Shown in pieces: positions 42,247 through 50,968 of a stretch of DNA of 64,000 nt. The position numbers were made by a program, and so were the translations under genes. Location of the stretch: assembly GCA_963738405.1 (NCBI GenBank), contig CAVTWJ010000023.1, forward strand, positions 288,001-352,000, read 5' to 3'. This DNA is from a candidate division FCPU426 bacterium. GTDB lineage: Bacteria; Oederibacteriota; Muellerivitia; Muellerivitales; Muellerivitaceae. How positions within the stretch are numbered: position 1 is the first letter of the stretch; each line of letters begins with the position of its first letter. The notes beneath the pieces are model-generated. The model saw only the letters and a program-made list of their open reading frames with translations. It was not told where the DNA came from and did no database searches.

Positions 42247-42654
42247 CTAGCGGTTTTTCTTGGACCTTCTCGCCTTTTCGATAAAGACTTCCTTGGCGGC
42301 ATACATGGCGTTCATGGCGGCTGGGAAACCGGCATAGACGGCCATCTGAAGGATCACTTCCACAATTTCCTGTTGGGTACACCCCACGTTCAGGGCCCCT
42401 TTGATATGAGACTTGAGCTGGAGGGGGGCATTCCCCAGGGTGACCAGGGAGGCAACGGTCAGCATTTGACGAGTCTTAAGGTCCAACCCCGGCCGGGAAT
42501 AGATTTCCCCAAAGGCGAACTCGGTCACGAACCGGCCCAGTTCCGGGGATACGTCTTTCAGGCTCTCCAGGGTGGCCTTGGCCACCGGCCCATGTATTTC
42601 CTCGAATTTCTTCCATCCTTTTTCAAAACGATCATTTTTCATCCTATTCTCCAT
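42247..42654 (-). CDS. Carboxymuconolactone decarboxylase family protein
   Basis: FAFGEIYSRPGLDLKTR, HIKGALNVG, VYAGFPAA; no CxxC. Confidence 0.9.
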   Translation of the reverse strand: MENRMKNDRFEKGWKKFEEIHGPVAKATLESLKDVSPELGRFVTEFAFGEIYSRPGLDLKTRQMLTVASLVTLGNAPLQLKSHIKGALNVGCTQQEIVEVILQMAVYAGFPAAMNAMYAAKEVFIEKARRSKKNR

Positions 42655-42679
42655 GCGTAACCTTCAATAATTAAGTCGA

Positions 42680-43213
42680 CTAGTTCCAATGGGGATGGGC
42701 TTCCTCAAATTTTTTCTTGTTTGTATCCCAATCGACAAGAATGGAATCCGCTCCACCGCCCCGAGAGCTATCACAATAATCGAAAGAAAACCCAGCATGA
42801 GAAGAAGAGGAATATTTTCGGTTTGGATAATAAACTTTCCAGCCGAAATATGGATAGTGAAACGACGTGACATCTACAATAATCTTTCGGTCTCCATTTA
42901 AAATTTTCATTTTTTCAAAATAAATGTAGGGTTTTATTTTCCCATCCTTAACTTCTACCCCTAGTCCTTTGTCTAATATTTGGTTTTCAGAATTAACTAA
43001 ATGAACCGCAATTAATAACTTTCGATCTCCCAAATCCAACTTTTCCTCAAAGACAGAATAATCATTAGAGCCAAAATAGTTTCTTAAATAGTCCGATAAG
43101 ATTTTAGGTGGCTTTGATCTATCGAGTATATGGAGATGGGGGCCATTCGCTATCACTGGTTGAATGTGCATTAACATCAAGCATATAAACAGAGCTATAA
43201 TTTTTTCATTCAT
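42680..43213 (-). CDS. Hypothetical secreted protein, AT-rich
   Basis: 177 aa ORF with signal-peptide-like N-terminus; start overlaps the asnB stop; markedly AT-rich relative to neighbours. Confidence 0.6.
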   Translation of the reverse strand: MNEKIIALFICLMLMHIQPVIANGPHLHILDRSKPPKILSDYLRNYFGSNDYSVFEEKLDLGDRKLLIAVHLVNSENQILDKGLGVEVKDGKIKPYIYFEKMKILNGDRKIIVDVTSFHYPYFGWKVYYPNRKYSSSSHAGFSFDYCDSSRGGGADSILVDWDTNKKKFEEAHPHWN

Positions 43214-45095
43214 CTATAAACCTTCTATGCCACAATTCCACCAAAAGCAAACCATATAGGATCAAATGGTGGTCTTTCTTGCCCGACATGTGTTCTTCGA
43301 TCAGTTTCTCGGTTTGGGCCGGATTGAAATAACCCCGGTCCTTGAACTTATCCGACCGAAGCAGGTCGACTACCAGAGGTTTTAATTCATTTCTGAACCA
43401 AGGTCCCAAGGGCACGGCAAAGCCCTTCTTTTGCCGGTAGATAATTTCTTTGGGAAGATACTTTTGCGCCGCTTGCTTAAGGATGTACTTTCCTTCCCCC
43501 TGACGAAGCTTCACGCCCGACGGTAAAGAAAAGGCGAATTCCACCAGCCGATGGTCTAGGTAGGGCACCCGGGCTTCCAGGGATGCCGCCATGCTCATCC
43601 GGTCCACCTTGTTCAACAGATCGTCCGGCAGCCAGGTTTTTAAATCCAGATAAAGCATCAGGTTGAAATTGTCGAAGCCGTAGGATTCTGCGGATTCGAA
43701 CAGGCGCTCGAGTGAATCTTCCACCTTCGATTGTTCCATTTCATAAAGCAGTTTTTCTCCCGCTAATTCTTCCAGGGTGGATTCCAAGCTCAAACGGGAC
43801 CAGGCCAAGTGCCGTTGGACTAGATCGGATTTTTGAAGCGCCTGCCATGCCTGGTGATAGGGGTCTTTCATACCCTTGGCCATGAAGGGCACCATTTTTT
43901 TAATCCATCCCGGCACTTTCCCCACCGCTCCAGCCAATTGGTCAAAGGAATATCGGCGGTAGCCGCCGAACATCTCATCCGCCCCTTCTCCCGTCAGCAC
44001 CACCTTCACTTCCTGCCGCGCGAACATGGAAACCACAAAGGTAGGCAGAACCGCCGGGTCGATCACCGGGTCGTCCTGGTATTTCACCAGCTTGGGGATC
44101 AGGTCGTTCAGCATCCGGGCGTCCACCATGATTTCCCGGTGCTGGCTCTTGAGAAACTTGGAAACCCTTTGCGAATATTTCAGTTCGTTGAAATCATGCT
44201 GGTTCTCAAACCCCACCGAGTAGGTCTTTACCGGCTTCTGGGTCTGGTTTGTCATGGCGGCCACGACCAGGGAAGAATCCAACCCGCCGGACAAGAAAGC
44301 CCCCAAGGGTACGTCGGCCATCAATTGTTCTTTCACGCTGGCGAAAAACCGTTCCTCTAGTTCTTCCGTCCAATCTTTAATCTTCGCTGGCGTTACTTCC
44401 TGGTCCACCCGCTCGGGCCTTTTGGGCAATTCCCAAAAGGGTTTCACCAAAATCTTCCCCGACTGGCAGATCAGCGTGTGGCCAGCGGGAAGCTTACGCA
44501 CGCCCTTCAGCAGGGTATCGGGCGAGGGAACATATTGAAGGGTCATAAGGGTAAGAATCTGCTTTGTATCTACCATTCGGGGAACCTTAGGAATCGCCAG
44601 AAGGGGTTTAATTTCCGACCCGAAAATCAGGTTCCCGTCGGCGGTGGTGTAATAAAGGGGCTTAACTCCCAAGTGATCCCGGGCGATCAAAAGCTTTTGG
44701 AATGTCTGGTCCCATAAGGCAAAGGCGAACATGCCACGCAATTTGCCTACAAAGGCATCCCCATATTCCTCGTAGGCATGTACCAAAACCTCGGTGTCGC
44801 TGTTGGTAGCGAACCGGTGCCCTGCCTTTTCCAGGGGTTTTCGAAGCTCCAGGTGGTTGTATATTTCTCCGTTAAAGACCACCCAGATGTTTTGGCGTTC
44901 GTTGGCCTGGGGCTGGCTCCCCCCCTGAACATCGACAATAGAAAGGCGGGTCATGGCCAGGCCCACCGGGCCCTTTTGGTAAAAGCCCGAATCGTCCGGC
45001 CCCCGGTGCTTGATGGTCTCCGCCATATCCTGGAGATGGTTCATCTTCAGGGGAACGCCCGGCTTAAATTGGCAAAAACCCGCTATACCGCACAT
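43206..45095 (-). CDS. asnB: Asparagine synthase (glutamine-hydrolysing) family amidotransferase
   Basis: MCGIAG, HRGPD, FNGEIYN, LSGGLDSS, TGEGADE, DRMSMA.SLE.RVP. Confidence 0.95.
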   Translation of the reverse strand: MCGIAGFCQFKPGVPLKMNHLQDMAETIKHRGPDDSGFYQKGPVGLAMTRLSIVDVQGGSQPQANERQNIWVVFNGEIYNHLELRKPLEKAGHRFATNSDTEVLVHAYEEYGDAFVGKLRGMFAFALWDQTFQKLLIARDHLGVKPLYYTTADGNLIFGSEIKPLLAIPKVPRMVDTKQILTLMTLQYVPSPDTLLKGVRKLPAGHTLICQSGKILVKPFWELPKRPERVDQEVTPAKIKDWTEELEERFFASVKEQLMADVPLGAFLSGGLDSSLVVAAMTNQTQKPVKTYSVGFENQHDFNELKYSQRVSKFLKSQHREIMVDARMLNDLIPKLVKYQDDPVIDPAVLPTFVVSMFARQEVKVVLTGEGADEMFGGYRRYSFDQLAGAVGKVPGWIKKMVPFMAKGMKDPYHQAWQALQKSDLVQRHLAWSRLSLESTLEELAGEKLLYEMEQSKVEDSLERLFESAESYGFDNFNLMLYLDLKTWLPDDLLNKVDRMSMAASLEARVPYLDHRLVEFAFSLPSGVKLRQGEGKYILKQAAQKYLPKEIIYRQKKGFAVPLGPWFRNELKPLVVDLLRSDKFKDRGYFNPAQTEKLIEEHMSGKKDHHLILYGLLLVELWHRRFIDE

Positions 45096-45118
45096 GAAAG
45101 GATCCGTTCTTTAATAAA

Positions 45119-48100
45119 TTAGGTTTTTGCTCTTAGGAGAATCTGCTCCAGCATACGCCCTGAATTTTCCCAGCGGTAGGTTTTAAGGATATAGGCCTTT
45201 CCCTTGGCGGCTTTTAGCTTGGCCTTGCGGGGGTTTTTCAAAATCTCAACCACCTTCTGTGCAAAGGCTTCTTCCCCATCCGCCGTTTCAACGAAACTCT
45301 TCCCCTTGGCAACCATCCAACCGACCGCCTGAGGCGTAGCCACCACCGGCACCCCTAACCCTAAGGCTTGGGCTACCTTGTTTTGCATGCCCGAGGCGAC
45401 CCGCAAGGGAGCCACCGAAACCGTGGCCTGGGTGAAATAGGGAGAAACATCCGGCACCCAGCCGGTCACAAGAATGTTCTGGCCGTCATGGAACTTTTTC
45501 AGCTTTTTCCTCGGGCTCCCGCCCACAGCCGCAAAGAGTGCGTTAGGAATATGCGCCTTTACCTTGGGCCAGATATGTTTAAGAAACCAAAGGGCCCCTT
45601 CCTCATTGGGGGCATAGCCCATATTGCCAACGAAACAAACCACCGGCCTGCCTTTAGGATAAGCCACGTTCTTAGATGAAACTTTCCTTCCAATTGAAAC
45701 ACCATTGGGCACGATTTGAACCTTGTCTAATGGCGCCCCATTTTCCAAAAGGGTCTTAGCGTCCTGTTCGGATATCACCGTGCTTTGTGCGGACCGGCGG
45801 GCCCAATCCACTTCCTCGCTCTTCAAGAACCAGTAATCCCATTTGGCGGCCAGCTTTCTCGTAAAGGGCGCCCCTTTGAGGGTGCGAAGTTTTTCGGTAT
45901 AGCCAATCATCGAATCGGTCAATTCCAACACCACCGGTTTGCCGGGGTTTTCCGAGAAGGCCGCTGGGGCCATGCGGAGCCGGTGGGCCAAGACCACATC
46001 TACTGATTTGCCTTCGGCGCTCGCCCAAAAGGCCTTCAACACATCCCTCAGCTTGGGCGAATGGTAGCTCGACACATTAAGAGACCTTCCCAACAGCAAA
46101 CCGCCCACCAGGTTCATGGCTAAGTCCCAATCGGTCAAATGTTCCATATAGAGGCTTCGGCAAAGGGGGCGTAGGGCCTGGGCTTGTCCCAAATCTTCTT
46201 TCACCCGGGTCAAGCACATCAAATCAATCTGGTGTCCCCTCTTATGAAGATAGTAAAGGAAATGAAAAAGCCGAAGTTTATCCCCGTCGTGGGGGGGATA
46301 GGGCACCAGGGGAGTAACGATCAGAATTTTCAAAGGACGCCAAGGCGTGCGATTGGAAAGGGGTAAAGGCTTTGGTTTTAATTCCTCTTCCGTGTGAATC
46401 GAAACTTTCTCTGATAAGAACCTAAGGGTTAAAACCAAACACAAAACCACCCAAACGGCGGCAATCAGGAAACTTTTCAACTCAATCGGCGTCGCGTGAA
46501 AGGCCGGCTCCCATTGGGTCAGGGGAAGGTGCAAGGCATTCCCCAATAGTTTCAATATCCAATTCTCGCCCTGCAGGCGGTTGTACCTCATCCAAGGCAC
46601 GGCCGAAAGAAGCCCGTTCACCGCCACACCTACCCCGAATAAAAAGGCGGTTAGCTTGAACCATCCGCCCCGCATGGGAATCTTTTCCAATACAGGATAG
46701 AGCATGATCATCAAGAGCGGCGTCACCCCCACCATGTAGCGGGTCGCGGGGGTCAGCCCCAGGTTCTCATAAAAGCACATGAAGAGATAAAAGAACCCGA
46801 AGGTTCCCAGCACTAGGCGGCGCAGGGGATTTTCAGATTTCAAGAGCAGGATTCCGCCCGCGGCCATAAGAGCGAACACGGGAAAATGAAACCAAAGCCC
46901 GCATTCCTGGTCTAGGACCAATCCGAAAAATCCAATAAAAAACCGACTTAAGGGAAAGAGCGAAGCGAAGGGTTCGTGGTGCGCCCCCAGGGGTGTGAAG
47001 ACCCCATAGACCTTCAGGAAATAAAAAGCCAAAACCAGAGTCGGCGTTAAAAAGCCCCCAAAGCCCCGCCCTATGGCCTTCCAACGTTCTTTACCAAGAC
47101 TGCCCGTTTCCAAAACCAATAATAAGAGAAGGGGGATCACCAAAAGAACGTTGCGGTTGTGCATCCAAAGCATCAACCCTAAATCAACACCCAACAGTCC
47201 CCATCGTTTTTTCAAGAACAGCCACAATGCCAATGCCGTCAGGAGGGCGGTGGGAATTTCAGGATAGATCAACCCGGCGAACAACAAAACCGGGCTAGAA
47301 AAAAGCCCAATCCATGCCACGGCTTGAAGGGGCCAACCCTTCGCGCCCGTTTCTTCCATAACCTTGAGGGTTAAGAAAAGAGCCAGAGCCGCCATCAGAG
47401 CCATGGTCAAGGCAGCCCCCAGCCGTCCCAAAAGGGCGAAAACGGGCAAAACCAAAAGTACCGGACCTAAGGGGTGGTAACTGAATATCTTTCCATTCTC
47501 GAAATGGTCCAAACCTTGGGGAACCAAACTTCCCCGGTGATAAAAGCTCAGGTAATCCTGATTTTGGTAATTGTTGGCGAGATCCAGGTCCCCATCATGC
47601 AGAAGGCTGTAACCCATCAGCAAATAATGGGGTTCATCCCCGCTCAAATCGCATTGGGTGGTCCAGAGGGTCAGGCCTAAAAGAAAATAAAGGGCCACCC
47701 ACCCGAACATCCTGGAATAAACACCCCCTTCCTTCCCCACCCTTGCCAACAGCCAACCGGCAAAGAGAAACAAATGGGCCGTCCACATGACTCCGAAAAG
47801 AATCTGGATTTTCCGCAGTACGAAATTATGGGGATCGGGAAGGGTTAGGTTCACGACTGTCGGCAGTGCCCAGCCCAATACCCAGGGCACGTGGGTTAAA
47901 AGCAAAGGCGTAAGAAATGCTTTGGTGGGATTCGGCTCAAGGGAACGGACGAGCAGGCCTTCCAAAATCAAAACCAGCAAAAAAGCCGCAAGGAACATTT
48001 CGCCAAAAAGAGAGGAACGGCCCGGAAGATCGGAAAAGAATAACCCCGCCGCGACACCAAATTGATTCAGCGAATAACTAAGCGACAAAAACAAAACAAG

Positions 48101-48142
48101 GTTGCCAAAGTTGAAGTTTTTGCCTGGGCCGGGCGGGTTCAA
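45119..48142 (-). CDS. Fusion of a polytopic GT-C-like membrane domain and a C-terminal GT4 glycosyltransferase
   Basis: N-terminal ~580 aa with SGDEPHY and many TMs; C-terminal PYPPHDGDKLRLFHFL, FVGNMGYAPN, SGMQNKV. Confidence 0.8.
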   Translation of the reverse strand: MNPPGPGKNFNFGNLVLFLSLSYSLNQFGVAAGLFFSDLPGRSSLFGEMFLAAFLLVLILEGLLVRSLEPNPTKAFLTPLLLTHVPWVLGWALPTVVNLTLPDPHNFVLRKIQILFGVMWTAHLFLFAGWLLARVGKEGGVYSRMFGWVALYFLLGLTLWTTQCDLSGDEPHYLLMGYSLLHDGDLDLANNYQNQDYLSFYHRGSLVPQGLDHFENGKIFSYHPLGPVLLVLPVFALLGRLGAALTMALMAALALFLTLKVMEETGAKGWPLQAVAWIGLFSSPVLLFAGLIYPEIPTALLTALALWLFLKKRWGLLGVDLGLMLWMHNRNVLLVIPLLLLLVLETGSLGKERWKAIGRGFGGFLTPTLVLAFYFLKVYGVFTPLGAHHEPFASLFPLSRFFIGFFGLVLDQECGLWFHFPVFALMAAGGILLLKSENPLRRLVLGTFGFFYLFMCFYENLGLTPATRYMVGVTPLLMIMLYPVLEKIPMRGGWFKLTAFLFGVGVAVNGLLSAVPWMRYNRLQGENWILKLLGNALHLPLTQWEPAFHATPIELKSFLIAAVWVVLCLVLTLRFLSEKVSIHTEEELKPKPLPLSNRTPWRPLKILIVTPLVPYPPHDGDKLRLFHFLYYLHKRGHQIDLMCLTRVKEDLGQAQALRPLCRSLYMEHLTDWDLAMNLVGGLLLGRSLNVSSYHSPKLRDVLKAFWASAEGKSVDVVLAHRLRMAPAAFSENPGKPVVLELTDSMIGYTEKLRTLKGAPFTRKLAAKWDYWFLKSEEVDWARRSAQSTVISEQDAKTLLENGAPLDKVQIVPNGVSIGRKVSSKNVAYPKGRPVVCFVGNMGYAPNEEGALWFLKHIWPKVKAHIPNALFAAVGGSPRKKLKKFHDGQNILVTGWVPDVSPYFTQATVSVAPLRVASGMQNKVAQALGLGVPVVATPQAVGWMVAKGKSFVETADGEEAFAQKVVEILKNPRKAKLKAAKGKAYILKTYRWENSGRMLEQILLRAKT

Positions 48143-49281
48143 GCCCTTCCCTCCCTTTGGCCCATGCGCTCATAAACCGGCAAGGTCAGCCGGGCGGTTT
48201 TTTCCCAAGTAAAGAGCTTGGCCCGGGCCGAGCCCTTGGCGATCAAGGCCTTCCTTAAGGCGGGTTTGCGGTAGAGGTTTTCTACCGTCTTGGCGATGTC
48301 TTGTGGGTCTTCGGGGTTTACCAAAGCCGCAGCGTTGCCAGCGACTTCGGGTAAGGATGTCGAATTGGAAGTCACTACCGGAACCCCGGCGGAAAAAGCC
48401 TCCAGCACCGGCAAGCCGAAACCTTCCAGCCGGGAGGGATATAGAAAAAGGTCCACGTCCGCGTAGATGGCTCGAAGAATGTCATGAGTCACGTTGCCAA
48501 CCCACTCCAACTCTCCCCCCAGGTCCAAATCAATGGCTTCCTGCAGGTACCGGGTACTTCGCATCTCCGCCTCATCCATTCCCACGATCAAGATTTGAAA
48601 GGGCAGTTTCCTGGTTTTTAAAATATGGGCAGCCTTCAGGATATTCGAGAGGTTTTTGCGGTCGTCCGCCGCGCCATGCACCAGAACCTTGAAGAGCTTA
48701 GAGGGTTTTCGCGCCTTCTTGGCGAAGGCGCTTCGATCCACCCCCTCCAGCGTAACCGTGACCTTGTCTTCCGGGACACCCGTGGTTCTTATGATCTCTT
48801 TCTTTGAATATTCGGACACGGTGAGTATCTGCCGGGCCTTCTGAGCGGACCGGGGAACAACCCATTGTTTATATCCATATACCAGCCGGTACCAAAGGGA
48901 GGGCCTGGGACGAACTTGGGAGAGGGGACGCACATGCATGGCGTCATGCAGGGTCAAAACATAAGGAAAGTTGGTAAAGGTCGTGCCAGAGTTGTCAGTG
49001 TAATGAAGAAAATCCAACCCTTTCTCATGCGCGGCCTTGGGTAGAAGCCATTGTTCATATTGGGCCGGGTTGCCGAAGGGCAGATCCACGAACTCAAACC
49101 GGGCATTACGTATCTGCGAGCGCAGGTTTTCAGGCGCGTTAAAGAGGGTGTATTGGTTGCGACGGTCAATCTTGGACAAGGCCAGCAAAAGATTGGCGGT
49201 ATAGGTGCCGACGCCCCGGCGGTAGGCCAGCCGGGCGTCGAAACCGATCTTCAGGCCCTTAGGGCTTGGCTTTCTTGGCAC
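48139..49281 (-). CDS. GT4 family glycosyltransferase (start GTG 49281 or CTG 49254)
   Basis: KIGFDAR..RGVGTY, LTVSEYSK, YPSRLEGFGLPVLEA, SLPEVAG. Confidence 0.9.
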   Translation of the reverse strand: MPRKPSPKGLKIGFDARLAYRRGVGTYTANLLLALSKIDRRNQYTLFNAPENLRSQIRNARFEFVDLPFGNPAQYEQWLLPKAAHEKGLDFLHYTDNSGTTFTNFPYVLTLHDAMHVRPLSQVRPRPSLWYRLVYGYKQWVVPRSAQKARQILTVSEYSKKEIIRTTGVPEDKVTVTLEGVDRSAFAKKARKPSKLFKVLVHGAADDRKNLSNILKAAHILKTRKLPFQILIVGMDEAEMRSTRYLQEAIDLDLGGELEWVGNVTHDILRAIYADVDLFLYPSRLEGFGLPVLEAFSAGVPVVTSNSTSLPEVAGNAAALVNPEDPQDIAKTVENLYRKPALRKALIAKGSARAKLFTWEKTARLTLPVYERMGQREGRA

Positions 49282-49423
49282 GGTCCACGATGAGTACGGG
49301 GATCCCGTTTTCGATCGGATATTGGTTTTTGCATTCGGCGCAGACAATGGCATCTTTGATCTCCCGCACGGCCGACCCGCAAGCGGGGCAGATGAGAATG
49401 TTCAATAAATCAGGTGAAATCAC
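49259..49423 (-). CDS. Trm112/YcaR family zinc-ribbon protein, 54 aa (not in ORF track)
   Basis: Manual translation MISPDLLNILICPACGSAVREIKDAIVCAECKNQYPIENGIPVLIVDRAKKAKP*; GAGG SD and GTG start. Confidence 0.9.
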   Translation of the reverse strand: MISPDLLNILICPACGSAVREIKDAIVCAECKNQYPIENGIPVLIVDRAKKAKP

Positions 49424-49436
49424 GCTTTCCTCTTTT

Positions 49437-50210
49437 TCAGGTTTTTTTCGTTGTGGCTTTCAGCAGGATTCCCCCTCCCATGCCGGGCAGGAAGGATTTT
49501 CCGATGGAATCCGTAAATGCGAGAAGGTTTCGGCTCATCGAATCGCCCAACAGGGTCAGAATCCGCTCAAAAATCCTGGGCAATTTCAGGTAATTATAGG
49601 TTTGCACTTCCACCCTGTCAAACTGGGCCTCGACGGCCAGTTTTTCGAGTTCTTCGGGACCGAAAAAGAAAAGATGATCGGTTTGTTTGGCCTTATGCGC
49701 CGCGTTCACGAAGGGAAAGAGCCGTTTGAAGTAGGATTGGTCGTTGGTCACCGACACCACCAGCACACCACCCGGCTTCAAAAGCCTTTTTGCCTCGGTT
49801 AAAACTTTCGAGGGATCGAAGCAATGGTCGATCACTTCTTTCACCACGATCCCATGGACTGACATGTCGGGCAGAGGTACCTGCTCGGCCAGCCCTTGAA
49901 TGAACCCCAGACCGAATGTGGGAATGTCCCTTTGCTTCAATTGCTCGGCGGAAGGCTCCACCCCTAGGTAGTTCCATGCCCTTCCCCGGTTTTTGAGAAA
50001 GAGGGCGAATTCCCCCCGACCCGCGCCCAGATCCGCCAAAAAAGGTTGGCTTGCGCCGGATTCTTTGAAGTTTTCTTCCAGAATCGCCTCGACCTTCTCA
50101 TCCAATCGGCGGTAGCGTAGTTTCATCAGGGGCGTCAGGGATTTCAAAAAATCGTCGTCATCCCAATGGGACTGCAATTGCTTCCATTTTTGATAAGCGG
50201 GTTTTTCCAT
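49437..50210 (-). CDS. Class I SAM-dependent methyltransferase
   Basis: LADLGAGRG, GVEPS, AEQVPLPD.S, RLLKPGG. Confidence 0.88.
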   Translation of the reverse strand: MEKPAYQKWKQLQSHWDDDDFLKSLTPLMKLRYRRLDEKVEAILEENFKESGASQPFLADLGAGRGEFALFLKNRGRAWNYLGVEPSAEQLKQRDIPTFGLGFIQGLAEQVPLPDMSVHGIVVKEVIDHCFDPSKVLTEAKRLLKPGGVLVVSVTNDQSYFKRLFPFVNAAHKAKQTDHLFFFGPEELEKLAVEAQFDRVEVQTYNYLKLPRIFERILTLLGDSMSRNLLAFTDSIGKSFLPGMGGGILLKATTKKT

Positions 50211-50217
50211 TGAGGAT

Positions 50218-50832
50218 TTATCCAATAAAGGGGATGGCCCAAAAGACGGCCGTGAGGATGAAAAGGATAGCATAGAAGATAAGGAAGACCGCCGTCAGGG
50301 GCTCCAAAAAATAATGCAAGACGACCCGGACCATACCTTCGGGTGTCGCTAGACCTGCGGGTGTATGTTTCCGGGCCCTCCCCAATGCCCGGTTCAACCG
50401 ATCACTGTCCTTGAAGCGGCTGACGAAAAATCGCGTCATAATCCACTGAAAAAATCTCGAAAAGGGTTTTAAGACTTCATGAAAGAAAACCTGAATCTTT
50501 TCCGTCCATTCTTTCCCGATTGCGCCCGCTGTCAGGGGAACCAATTGGGCCACCGCCTGAAACAAGAGGGAGAGAAAATGATCCAAGACCCTTTGAAGCG
50601 CGAAGGCCCATCCCGCCAGAAACCCCATCACGCCCCCTACCAGATAAAAGTAAGGCATCGGCCCCGGGGAGCCCCGAAGGGCGCCGTAAAGCAAACCCAA
50701 ACCTCCGGCCAGGCAAAGGCCCACCGCGATTCCTAAGATCAAGGCCTGGGCGAATATTCGAATCAATGGACGCAAAGGTTCCTCCTGAAGCAAGGCATAT
50801 AGTAACGGACCTCCCTCTTTCTCAGTTTTCAT
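50218..50832 (-). CDS. Hypothetical membrane protein
   Basis: About 3 TM segments; fills the gap at the head of the operon. Confidence 0.6.
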   Translation of the reverse strand: MKTEKEGGPLLYALLQEEPLRPLIRIFAQALILGIAVGLCLAGGLGLLYGALRGSPGPMPYFYLVGGVMGFLAGWAFALQRVLDHFLSLLFQAVAQLVPLTAGAIGKEWTEKIQVFFHEVLKPFSRFFQWIMTRFFVSRFKDSDRLNRALGRARKHTPAGLATPEGMVRVVLHYFLEPLTAVFLIFYAILFILTAVFWAIPFIG

Positions 50833-50968
50833 TTGTCGAACAAAAAAGAAGCGAACGAACAAATCTGTATTGTTAAGAACCCTTGCGGCCCTCCAAAGCC
50901 CGGTTTTCTTCCGATTTATTGGCCCCCTTTATGCTTTCTCATCCTCATATCTCAATTAAGGATTTCCT

